Below, in pieces: positions 11,766 through 23,454 of a DNA stretch of 64,000 nucleotides. The DNA lies in assembly GCA_965112155.1 (NCBI GenBank), contig OZ218105.1. One strand, written 5' to 3'. The notes under the pieces were generated by a model, which saw only the letters and a list, made by a program, of their open reading frames with translations, was not told where the DNA came from and did not search any database. This DNA comes from Podarcis liolepis (lineage: Eukaryota). Position 1 is the stretch's first letter. Every line of letters begins with the position of its first letter. A program made the translations under genes and the position numbers.

Positions 11766-14410
11766 GCCTAGACTGTTTCTCATATTCATTTTCATTCCCC
11801 ATTCCCCATGTGAACCATGCAAGAGGCTGCTCCTCCCTGAGCTACTTAGTGTCAGCACCTCCAGACTTTCTACTCTTCATCATTGCTCTCTGGTGCTATA
11901 GTTGGCGGAGAGATTGTCCTAAACTTAGCGAGACCTGGCCACCACTGCAGAGAAACCACCTGTCTTCCTGATTCTCCACCTCCCTTCTTGAAAACGTGTC
12001 ACTGCTGAATACTCTTAAATTGATCCAGAGAGCAAGCAATTAGAAGATAGTGGTGCCACTTTACCTGAGTCCATATCTGAGCCACAGGGCTGTCATGCTT
12101 CTCCATAAGCTCAGCAGAAACTACAAACCAATAACATGGCACATGGTCAGTCAGAGCCAAGATAGCACTTGATGACCCTCATGGCTCTAAGAACTGTGCT
12201 TTCGCCACACTTAATGAAGGGTGCTCTGCTTCCCCATGCAGACACGCTGAACTCTTGACATATAAGCTTGGTCACACTGTCTTTGCATTCATGTAAGGTT
12301 CTGCACACCGGCAAACTCGGGCACAGACATCATAATTATAGCAGGGGGCTGAATTGAAAACAATATGGCCATGATGTTTATGATCAGAAAAATGCTTGCT
12401 TGGAAAAGACTGATATATTTACACCTGCTCACTAAAATGTCACATTTACATATCATAATTATTTAAGTATTTCCACATACAGTAGCCATTCCATTCCATT
12501 TGTGCATCATAGATCAAGAGCAATGGGTGAGATGATTTAATGAATGGAGGATTTGGGCAAATCAATTAAGCTTGGTTCTCCAAATGCTGGTGGCAGGAAG
12601 GAGAAAAGCGATATTACACATTCACATACGCCAAGAGTCAAGCTCCAAATGTGCATATAGTATGTTTACTTGGAAGTACATTCCACTAAATTCAGTGGGA
12701 CATACTCCACATAAGATTTCAGCATTAACATGCTAACTGCCTCAGTAATGCAGTATGTTATTCAGCTGTTCCTGGAGTTTACCATGCCTATAAAAGAACT
12801 TGCCAGCAGATTTTGTCATAGGACTGCCCCCTTAGTGGCTTAAGCATCAAGCCCTCAATTCATGAGTTGACTTTCCCTGAGAAGTGCTCAGCTCCCTTAT
12901 TGATTTATTTTAGCTAAGCCTTAATTTTTTAATTTTTTTAAAAAAAATCGAACCAGCTTTTGGTTCTGTCAAGTTGGGGGCAGCTGGTATCCTATGCCAG
13001 TAATGTGGGGTCTGGCTGTGGTGTCATCCATTTTTAATCATCTGCTGCTTCCTTGTTTTTATTTAATACTTTAAGGATTATATTGCTTTTAATTGTGTCA
13101 TTACAAATGTTGCTTTATTGTATTGTTGTGATGTTGTTGTTGTTTTTTTAAAAAATCTGCTTTGAGAGAATATACGATGCTGAAAAGTGACATTGATATT
13201 GCCAAAATGAAAAAAGAATACATTGGAGATACCAGTATCATTTGTATCTGAAGCTTATTTTCTTTTTTAAAATCAACTCATGCTACATGCTGAATTAAAA
13301 AAAATACAAAAAAACTCCAAAACCTACTATATCATTTTTATCAAGAAAGGGAAGTCAGTATCAGAGCAATTTTCATTCTGGGCCATGTTGGTGTGAACAT
13401 TATCAATTGATCTAGCATTTAAGTGACCTGTCAGGAATCCTTGACAAACAAATTTTTCTCATGAATTATACATATTAGTGAAAACCATACTTAATGGGAG
13501 ACTGGAAAGAGGGCAGGTATTTCCATCACCTAGGGGTGAAAACCCTGCAAATTAACAACAAGACGCTTCATTGAAGCAAGTAATGGATTGGTCTGTGAGA
13601 ACAAGAAATCTTTGTGGGAATGAGTGTGATTATTCATATAGTCCATTTGCTAATTATCGCTAGTATGAACATTATTTTACCTGCTTTTAAGAACACTGAA
13701 AATTATGAGCGCAGTCAACAAGGTGCTGAAATGCTGCAATATAAGTAATAAACTTGAGCAGTGCATGTTCACGAGTTTTTGAACAAGGTTCATTTAGGGG
13801 GAAAGAATCATCTCCGCGCCTCTCATCATGCAGTGTTTGTGAGTAAAAGTAGTAATAGAGAGAATCCCTCAAGCTCTAATTCCAAATCAATGTGGCATTC
13901 AAACACCTGGAGAAGTCTGCTGCTTTCTGGGAGCAAATGTCCTTCCCTTCTGGATTAATTAATTGAGCGTAACTACCATCTCCCGGTACTATACTTACCA
14001 TCACAAATCACCCAATCACAATAGAGCTGAGGTTGTTTGTTGGTTAAGACTCTGAGCTGCCCGGAAAGCCCAGTCACCAAGGACTCCATATTGGTACGGT
14101 GTGACAGTTAGCTAGAGACAAAGTGGGAATTACGAGGCAGATCCATGTAACTGTATCCCAGTGAAAAGCAGTCACGAGAGGCTGCAGTGTTGAATGGCAA
14201 AGGGAGGGTCTGCTTATCCATCTTTTCTCCATGGAATAAATATTTTCTGCAGTAAGAGAAGATTGCATACACACAGAATAGTAAAGGTGGTGCCTCTCCA
14301 ATTTCATGAGACTCCAGCTCCAGTCTGTAGCAGGAAACCCCCCTCCCATTCATTCAGTTTGTACAAACTTCACACACACTCACACTCACACACTACATAC
14401 GCTACACTTC

Positions 14411-15067
14411 TGTTATAAATTCATAGAAAATCAACCATACATCGGATTTGCACTGTTCCACTTTTATTTTACTCCATGAAGGAAAGACTACAAAATGGGG
14501 AAGGTTTGATACAGGGCACCATAATTCCTTCACCATACCAGCACATCCACAGGAGCCCTGCCCAGTTGCTATGCCAACCCTGATGATCCCAGACAGAAGA
14601 CAATCAAGATCACAAAGACAATCAGGATCACAAAGAACTTGCATAGGGGAGTGGATTCAGCATGGACTGGAACAAAGGACAATGATCAGATCTTCCCTCA
14701 GGGGGCAGGAAACTGTGACTACCTTTTGTCTTCAGGAAATGACTCATAGGGGGGGGTAGAAGGGAACCAGCCAGGTGACAGGACACTCAGGTTACCACCA
14801 CAACTCCTCCCTCAACCCCTCCTTTCTGCAATGTATGCATGATGTTTCTGGGGGTGGGCTTGACCTAGAGGATGGGAATTTCAAAAGTTTTTATAAGGTC
14901 TTGCACACCATTTTCTGCATCTTTTCCTCTCTCCTGCAAGTGAGGGGAACACCCTGTTGCAACAGTTCAATAAAGGCCAAGCCTACAGGCTGCTGATTTG
15001 CTCCAATTTACTCTGGTTGGTGTCTTTACTTTTTGTCCAAGAGGGCCCTCGGATTTTTCCGGTAACA
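14411..15067 (+). mobile_element. ERV-like solo LTR (~657 bp)
   Basis: TGTTA...TAACA termini; internal tandem aagacaatcaRgatcaca; GC box gggtgggc; TTTATAA ~14890; AATAAA 14969-14974; TSD not clean (acttc / agtcc). Confidence 0.7.
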
Positions 15068-15559
15068 AGTCCAAGCCAGAAAGGCCAATGGCAAAGGGAT
15101 GATGGGAGCTGTAGTCCAACACCATCTGGAGGACACCACGTTGATAATGCCTGCTGCAACCTTATGTAGATGACAAAAAAGTGGGGAGAGGAAAGGAAGA
15201 CCATGCCTGCCAGCTCTGCTCCCAACCTAGCCCTCTGGCAGAATCTGTTTGACTATTATACACATGCAATTGCTGGAGGACATAGGTGGTGCCAGAAGAG
15301 AGGGGCAAGTGTCCACCCCAAACAAGGAGCTTGCACCCCACTTCTGAACATCTATCATTAACAAATGCTGTCTTGTTCATTTTTCCTTGCACACCTAGAA
15401 ATATACTTTGCCCCCACAAATTTTCTGGCCCCTCCACTATTGGACAAAATATCTGATCTTTGAGAGGTTGGGAAAGGGGCATTGGATGCAATCCTGCTTC
15501 ACTCAAAACATATTCCTCCTATTCTGTAAAACACCATTCCTGCTAAGATATGATGGGAG

Positions 15560-15790
15560 ACCACAGTCTGCACTTTCCAGAAATGACTGAAGACATTTTT
15601 GTTCCAAGAAGCCTTCCCAGCTGGTAAAATAGGTCTCTGCATGGGTGTCTACTTAGTATTGTATACAGTTTTATTCTGCTGCTATTTTTGTATGGTTTTC
15701 AACTGGTTTTTTTAGCTGTTTTATTACATTCTGTGCGTTGCCTTGAAGCACATGTGGAGGGTGATTAATTAATTAATTAATTAATTAATA
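15560..15790 (+). mobile_element. Degenerate L2 3' end with (TTAA)n tail
   Basis: actttccagaaatgactgaagacatttttgttccaagaagccttc resembles the L2 ORF2 end (F..LKTFLF.EAF). Confidence 0.55.
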
Positions 15791-16719
15791 ATATTGAGGA
15801 TCACTGCTTGTATTTCGACCAGGACTTCACAGAACTCACTATTTTGCATCTACTAATATTAAAATTGATATAATGAAGGTAAAAATGCAATGCACAGCAT
15901 CTGTCTAATCAATTTTTCAGCAGATTTCCCACTCCTCAACCGCAGAAAATGAGGGCGGTTTTCTCAGGATCATTCACACAAAAAATGATCCCCACTTGTA
16001 AATGGTATATTTTATCCCTGCAATAAATAAGTTGAACTAAGGGCAGAGCAATCAACTGCCGCGTACAGGTTCATGTGAATGAACACAAAAGCTTTTCCCA
16101 TTAGGTATTTTGAGCTGTTGAGTCCTGGAAAGATTTCTATCCAGATAAGCTCCAGAATATGGGCTTTAAGATAATTACCCAAAACTAAATGGACTTTGTG
16201 CATGGCTGACTAGAAAATTTAGAGGTAAGAGGGAGTCCTGAGAGATGCAGTCGTTAATGAACTTAAACCCGTTGGTAAGTTTGTGAACTGGGAGGAAGCT
16301 ACATGACATTTTGGAAGGTAAAAAAGACTTATTCCCTACCTGCCTCATCTTTCCAGCTTAGCTCTTATTTTATGTGGAATGAGGCACGAGAAAAGAGTTC
16401 ATTTGCGTAGGAAGCCCCTGGTCAGACAAAGATGAACCTGCATTGGCTGAGCTCCATGCAGTATTCTGTTTCCACTGGAAATAAAAGGAAGGGCAAGAAG
16501 AGGAATCTCTGGGCATGCAGTAGGTGGAAAGGACAGTATGGGACAGTATTAGAACCCAAGGCAGTCTTAGGATAACATGACTGGTGCAGTTGCAGAATGG
16601 AGTGTGAAGAGTAGGGGCGCCGAATTCTGGAGCACCATTTAAATCTGAGAGCCCAAAGCCCACTACTATTGGACCTCTGCATAGTTTCCCCTGCTTAGTT
16701 GTGTTTAGGGTAATCATAG

Positions 16720-17127
16720 AATCATAGAATCATAGAAACACCATCAGAGCACTCCTGACATATGGTTGTCAAGCCTCTGCTTAAAGACCTCCAAAGTAGG
16801 AGACTCCACCACACTCCTTGGCAGCAAATTCCACTGTCAAACAGCTCTTACTGTCAGGAAGTTCTTCCTAATGTTTAGGTGGAATTTTTTTCTTGTAGTT
16901 TGAATCCATTGCTCCGTGTCCGCTTCTCTGGAGCAGCAGAAAACAACCTTTCTCCCTCCTCTATGTGACATCCTTTTATATATTTGAACATGGCTATCAT
17001 ATCACCCCTTAACCTCCTCTTCTCCAGGCTAAACATGCCCAGCTCCCTTAGCCATTCCTCATAAGGCATCATTTCCAGGCCTTTGACCATTTTGGTTGCC
17101 CTCCTCTGGACACATTCCAGTTTGTCA
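16720..17127 (-). mobile_element. Young 5'-truncated CR1 LINE (ORF2 C-terminus)
   Basis: ORF 16875..17201 contains [40 protein letters not shown]; (TTCTATGA)n tail; 10-bp TSD GTAATCATAG at 16710-16719 and 17128-17137. Confidence 0.95.
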
Positions 17128-17465
17128 GTAATCATAGGCAATGGAGCAAAAGAGTCCTGTTTCTTTGATTTTGACAGATAAAGCCTCTCCACGCAAGGCA
17201 ATGTTGTACCTGCTGAAATTCCTTCTTATAACATGTAATTAACTTGCATAGTTCACAGCTACAGGTTGTTGTGATGATGGATGGAATCTTACACAGTTCT
17301 AAAATGAGAATTAGATAAATTCCTGGAGGATGTGGGAGGTGAAAGGCTTTTGCAGCTGCTAGCCACAACAGCTAGATGAAACCTCCAGATTCAGAGGCAG
17401 GTGAAACCCAGAGCTGCTGTTTGTAGTAGCAGCTCCATTTCATTTCTTCTTAACATATAGAGTTA

Positions 17466-17716
17466 CAGGGGTCGGCAACCTGCAGCCCATGGGCCAAAAG
17501 TGGCCCACAGGGGTCATTTAAATGGCCCCCAAGCCACCCCCGAACCGAGCTGCCCGCTCAGCAAGTCCCCATGTGCTACACGAAACCGGCGCAGCGCAGA
17601 GCAGGGACTCACTTCCATGGCACCGGAAATCGCGTCTGCGCAGGCGCAATCCGGCCCACGGAGCAATCTCCACAGGAGTGAACCGGCCCAAGCGAGGTAA
17701 TCCTTACCAACCCCTG
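17466..17716. mobile_element. Non-autonomous hAT (Charlie-like) element, CpG-rich
   Basis: TIR caggggtcggcaa / ttaccaacccctg; repeated ggccc subterminal motifs; no TSD seen. Confidence 0.75.
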
Positions 17717-17795
17717 GTGTTGAAGCTCACCAATCACATTCAGAACTGATTCACTGAAATTAATGGATATGTGGTTAAGTTAACTTGAGTCTATT

Positions 17796-18151
17796 CAGGG
17801 CAGCATGTCCCATTTCACCACCTGAGGCAAAATGGGAACGTGCCGCTCTTACCCACTCACTGGTATCCTGCCACTAGCACACCTCTCTTGGCTGCATTGC
17901 ACAGCGGCAGTGCCCACCAAGTGCTGGTGGCAGCAGTGGCAGCTGAAAAGCATTGGCGGCAGCAGAGGCTTCTGGCAAGATCTCGGAGAAATCTCACAAG
18001 ATCTCATGCGCTCCGTGAGTTTTCATGAGATTTCAGAGAGATCTCCCCAGAGAGAACCACTGCCAGCACCGCTTCTCAGTTACTGGCAAACACTGTGGAT
18101 GCACCGCTTGAGGTGGGCAGCTCACCCTGTCCCATCAGCGGGCCGGACCTG
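17796..18151. mobile_element. Non-autonomous hAT element
   Basis: Ends cagggcagc / gccggacctg; 8-bp flanks agtctatt / ggtctctt (6/8); internal gagatctc inverted motifs. Confidence 0.7.
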
Positions 18152-18671
18152 GGTCTCTTTTGAGTGTGACCACAGTTCTTTTGAGTTTATTTCAGAATGA
18201 AAACCTTGGAAAGAGTGGAAAGTTGCAGCCTCCTCATCAGGGGCACAGAATTTAGTATCCTTCATTGTTATGTGAATGGGTGACACAGAAGACTGTGAAC
18301 ATGAACTCTAACAGAACTAAATAGAAGCACGCTCTGGCTTCTGCCATTAGCCAGTGAATGAAGGGCCACTGAAAGGATGCACACACTCCCTCCTAAGAAT
18401 AACATGACAGAAACATGGGGGAAACCAAGTTGTCCTCATCCATCAGACAGAGAAGGAACAGGAGCAGGGAGCTCATGTCCTACCTTTTTGCTATGTGAGC
18501 CACTTTGGGAGAAAATTCTTTGTCTGGAAAGCTGGATAAAAAGAGAATGAGTAAAAGCTTTAAAAATAATAATAAAGTAAGCCTATCATCATCCTCATAA
18601 CACCAGAAAGAAGGAACAAATAACAATGGAGGCAGAGACCGAATCAAAAAGTCTGAGCATGTTACAATGGC

Positions 18672-18949
18672 ATGGGGTGGGCAAATCTGTCAATTTCATT
18701 TTCTCTCAGTTTATCATTTTTCCAGTCTTCGGTTCCATCCTCCACATGTCAATACTACTTTGCATTTTATGAATTTTTTTGTTAAACGTTTTCATGAAAT
18801 TTCACCGGTGTTTTAGCGCGAATTCCTCTTAAAAATTCAAAGAAGTGTGAATTTTTGATGGGTGTTTGCATTTCAGTTTGAATACTATTTCAGAAAGTGG
18901 AAAATTAGCTTTTAAATGTGAACTGATTAAAATTTCTGTCCCATCCCTG
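18672..18949. mobile_element. Old AT-rich hAT MITE (agggatg...catccct type)
   Basis: 3' end cccatccctg; flanks acaatggc / acaatgac (7/8). Confidence 0.65.
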
Positions 18950-20779
18950 ACAATGACTGCTATGAGGCCTTACGGTCAAAAATGATACGTACCAAGAATG
19001 ATAGAAAAAAACCAAAACAAACAAAAAAATACATCCATGAGCACAGAGCACACCGCTGGAACCCCTGCAATGTCACTCTGATATACTATCTCAAATTGTG
19101 GGAGGAGCTGGCCAATTTGGAAGCTGTAAAATCCTGCAGACCCAAATGGAACTTCTTCATGTGAACTGGCTGTCTCCAGAACTTTTCTGCAATGACAATG
19201 AAGTACTTTATTGGTTCATCCTGAAAGCCATACAAAAAGCCAGACTGAGGTGCTGCTGTAGGCATGCTAGGTTCCCCTGGCATTGTTCTGTCCCCTGTGG
19301 CTCCCTCCTTTGCTGTTGAGGTCAAGCTAGCCTTGAATGTAGGCACAACCAACATTTGCACTCATTTACCATATAAGTAGTGACTCTCATCTGTGAAAAC
19401 TCTGAGACATTTATGCAATCTCAGTTGTTTCTAATCTCACACAGCCACAAGGCTGGTAACACCTCAAAAGGTAAAAGTGTGGAGTTTCCATGGGGGGCGG
19501 AGATACCTTTTTGTTTCAGAGGACATTTTCCTACCGTTTCCCTTAAAGTGAGCAAGTTTAATGGTAACAACTAACCAAAGCTGCCTTATTCTGTCAAAAT
19601 GGAACACTTCCCCCCAGGGCCACATTACTGACTCTTTTTTTGTCTTGGAATACAGCTGTTCGAGGGCATGTTCCGAGTAATGTCTCTAATCGGCAGATAT
19701 ACAGATATTCCAAGTGCTCCGGCTAATTATGTAATAAGGGAATCACTCCTAAATTTTTATAAATGTTAATGTAGACATTTAACTTCCGTTCCTTTGGAAG
19801 TGTGAACAGAAAATGAGAATTCAAGTAGTATGAGTACCAAATGCTTGTTTTATACTGGAGTTTAAAATTGTAGGGCACTGCAGATCTAATGCTGTATTCA
19901 AGCTGCAAATTACTCTCTTTGGCATTGAAATATTGCTGCAATTAAACCTGCAGTAAAGTATTAAAAGCAGGAGGGGGAAAAGAGGAAAGCCTCTAACTGT
20001 TTTTGGTTGGGGATTTTTGCACAGAGCTGTGTGGGTAGCAGAAATTTTAACGAAGGACTTCATGAATTTCCTTGATTTTAGATTTCATACACTGTGTTCA
20101 ATAGTACTTTGGAGAGCTTTTTGCTGCTCACATAGATGTACATAGCCCATACGGTCAGCCATGCCAGGAGGACTTATTCAGGAATGTTTCTCTCACCCTG
20201 TTTGTAATGTAAACCATGTTCTCGGTACTTTTCCATTTGCTTTAGGTGTCTGTCTTTGTTACTACATTTAGAATATAAGCCAATAAACAATTCATTACCA
20301 TGGGAATCATGTTTTAGGTATTTGGTGAACAAGCCAAATTTGCTCGCAGTTAAGACTATCCATTAAGGCCGGTCAGTCGGCAAATGGCGGCGCTCTGTTC
20401 TCTCGCGTCAACCCTCTCTCCCACACTGCACACAAATGCACAAAGCCTTGCTGGACATTTCTGGAGAGCAAAGCCAATGTTCAGTACCATGTGCCAGTTG
20501 AAGCTGGATGGGACCCCATGTATATATTCATATCCTCATGTTTGGAGGAGCAAAGCATGGAGCAAGTTAGAAATGTAGAAGATGGGATGAGGGCAGTGAG
20601 AAGCAGTACTGTTAGGGAGAATATCAGAAAGGGATTCTAACAGCCTTTTATTTGATGTGCCAAGTTTCTGTGTCAGTTTTCTTCTTTTTTACATGGGGAA
20701 CATTCAGAAATGTGGTCTCCCCCCCACTGGAAATATACAGTGGCTCACTCCTAGGAGGCCAGGACTACCTAATGAGTGA

Positions 20780-20886
20780 TATTCAACTAAGATTTACTCA
20801 GAATAGACACACTGAAATTAATTAACTTCACTAAGTTAAGTCCATTAATTTCAGTGAACCTACTCTGAGTAAAACCTATTTGAATA
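20780..20886. mobile_element. Palindromic (hairpin) MITE
   Basis: Arms tattcaactaagatttactcagaatagacacactgaaattaat / attaatttcagtgaacctactctgagtaaaacctatttgaata; related decayed copies at ~17735-17795 and ~44515-44605. Confidence 0.8.
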
Positions 20887-21130
20887 CCAGTCAATAGCAC
20901 TCGGCATGTAGTTCAGTGGTATCAGAAGCAGAAACGTGAGTTGCGTACACATCCAGGGCAGGATTCACATAATGAACCCTACAACAAGACTTCCTCCCTC
21001 TCTTCCCCCAACAGACATGTCCATATCCCCTGAAACTGGATCTCTCCAGACCAGCATGAGAGGGGCAGAGGAGGGGGGATCTTTCCATCTGATGAGCTGA
21101 TATGCTGGTGCAGATGGTGTGATTGTAATA

Positions 21131-21551
21131 CAGTGGTACCTTGGGTTACAAACACTGCTAACCCGGAAGTAGTACCTCGGGTCACTGGAGAAGGAAGAGG
21201 AGTGCGGGGGGAGCGCAGCGCCCCCAGGAGCACAATCCTGGTGGGGCACCATGCCACCACAGATGTCATGCCACACCCCCGGGATGTGTGTCACGCCCCT
21301 GTGGGCAGCGCATCACGCCCCCGGGACGTGCACCAGCCCCACCCCTGCCTGCTCTCTGCCCCCAGGTGCCGGAGCATGAAGCTCCACCACTACCTCGGGT
21401 TGCGAACTTTGCCCCAGGATGAGAACAGAAATCACTCGGTTTGGCGACAACAGGAAGCCCCATTAGTGAAAGCGCACTTCAGGTTAAGAACAGTTTCAGG
21501 TTAAGAACGGATCTCCGGAACGAATTAAGTTTGTAATCCGAGGTACCACTG
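21131..21551 (+). mobile_element. Tigger-like MITE carrying a nested GC-rich insertion
   Basis: TIR CAGTGGTACCT, TA TSD; about 200 bp longer than its sister copies. Confidence 0.9.
21183..21392. mobile_element. hAT-type MITE nested in the Tigger-like MITE
   Basis: Exact 8-bp flanking repeat CCTCGGGT at 21175-21182 and 21393-21400; degenerate ends cactggag / ctccaccacta. Confidence 0.75.
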
Positions 21552-22613
21552 TAGTGCAATGTTAAATTCCACCCTGTGCATTTAAAGCACATCATCTTCC
21601 CCAAAGAACAGAGTTTACCCCAACAGATCTACCATTTCCACAACCCTTAACAAAATATAGTTCCAATGATTCTTTGGGGGATGTCATGCGCGATGTGCAT
21701 GAAGCTCTACCATCCGGCTTTTTAAGGAATCGTGTTTGCCTTAACCAATAGGCCAAAGTGGTTTCTGGCCTATATTCTCCTATAAGCTAATGGAGAGAAA
21801 GAAAGATCCAAGCCAAGATTTAGGTAGATGGTAGGGATGTTTTATCTGTATGTGATGTTTTTAGATACTGTCTTTTTATTATTTTATCAATAAAACTAAC
21901 AGAACAGTCTTCTTAAATTATTGTTGAAACGTAGCAGCGGCACAAAACAACAGCGCTGGAGTTGCACTTACTGAAATTGCAGCTCATCAGAAACTAATCA
22001 AAATCATATTACATTCCCTGTATAAGAGGCAGATGGAGCACAAAATATGTTAAAGGTAAGAGACCTTGGGCAAGCTCTCTCCCATAAATCCAGGCCCCGG
22101 CTCCATTTCTACAATACTAAACAAGCAGGAAAGCCGTGGACTTCAAACGATAATGTCAATTGTCCTTAGCCATTTCTTTTATCAGAAAATAAGACTCTTT
22201 ATGGATTTCATATGTTGGCTAAGCCAAAGGCCTGGTCAGTGTGAAAATGTTTACAGACTGAAGAATTCATGTCTGTTAGAATAGAATCAAAAGGAGGCTG
22301 ACAATACACAAATCCTGGCAGTAAGCAAGAAAGCCACAATGCCATTTACAGTAGAAAACGGAGGATCTTCATGTTTGTCTCGGTATGGTCGCCATTTTCC
22401 TCACTCTTTAAGCATTCGGCTTAAGGGTCTCTTTATGGCAGGGCTTACTAGATAATGATCCAGCAGCACTCCCAGCTTTAAACTTGAGACTTGGTTATAA
22501 AACAGTGCTCTGTGTGCAAACCTAGTTAAAAGACAAAGATCGGTCTGACATTTTCGTAGAGTGGCCACACACACACACCTCTTTGCACATATTTCGAGAA
22601 CTACTAGTGAAAT

Positions 22614-22918
22614 CAGTGGCGTAGCGTGGGTTGCCAGCTCCTGGGGCCACATGGAAGGGGGGAAGGAGAGAAATAGATGGAGTACAGATGCACATTCAGC
22701 TGCCTAATGGCGTCGATGTCACCCAAGAGACCACAGCCACAGAGATAAGAAAAGAAGAGATGTTCCGTTATCTGGAGGGCTCACTTCCCAGTTCGCATGG
22801 AGAAGCCCTCTTCAATGAAGTCCCGTGACGGAAGTGCAAAGCTGTATTGAGGCAGCACCGGGTGCTGAAATTTTGTGCCTCTAAGAATTTTGCACCCAGG
22901 GCAACTGCTATGCCACTG
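22614..22918. mobile_element. Non-autonomous hAT element, 305 bp
   Basis: TIR cagtggcgtagc / gctatgccactg; perfect 8-bp TSD AGTGAAAT at 22606-22613 and 22919-22926. Confidence 0.92.
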
Positions 22919-23029
22919 AGTGAAATTAAGTATGGCTCTTTTCCAGTGTGGGCCAGTTGACCACATATCCCTCTGGCATGTGAGATTTCCATACAGGATA
23001 GAGTATGGCAGTGAGGCTAACCAGTGAGC

Positions 23030-23115
23030 ATTGCTGCACATTCTTACAGAGAAGAATGTCTCTCTGTATTCAAAGGAGTTTGCTCCCAGGTAAGTGTGCA
23101 TAGGATCACAGCCTC
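23030..23115. repeat. Copy of an abundant ~90-bp squamate interspersed repeat (gcaatcctatgcatgtttact...taggattgcagcc)
   Basis: Related copies at approx. 4260-4330, 12640-12730, 25995-26165 (tandem), 35115-35180, 43790-43875, 45795-45972 (tandem), 46515-46592. Confidence 0.7.
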
Positions 23116-23454
23116 ATGTTTGTGGGCAAACAGGTCCACAACATGCAGAATGTATGCCAGTGGACATCCAATCCTATGCAAGTACATCTTGCTGGCACAA
23201 TCCATTTACAGGGTGTGGAGAGGGAAGGAGGTTCTTTTTATGGGTCAGGCATACAACATGTGCAGGTGCAGAAGCTGTGATGTGATGTGAATGTGAAAGA
23301 AGAATTTCCCCAGTCTGAACATGCAGCAAGCTCTGAGGACAAACTACTGCTATGTTTGTTTTTTGACAACAAAGTTATACTAAGTCCTCAAATGCTATAC
23401 TAAATACTGTGGTTTTCAAAATCCCAAATTTGGTAACATAGCAGCAGCGGTAGT

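Noticed and set aside
13999-14111. Minus-strand exon-like segment with good acceptor and TG/GTAAGT donor
   Set aside because: 113 nt with stops in all three frames; at most a non-coding or UTR exon, unsupported.
14100-14406. Possible second LTR (TG...CA, AATAAA) left of the ERV-like LTR
   Set aside because: No TSD, no convincing inverted termini and no second copy in the window.
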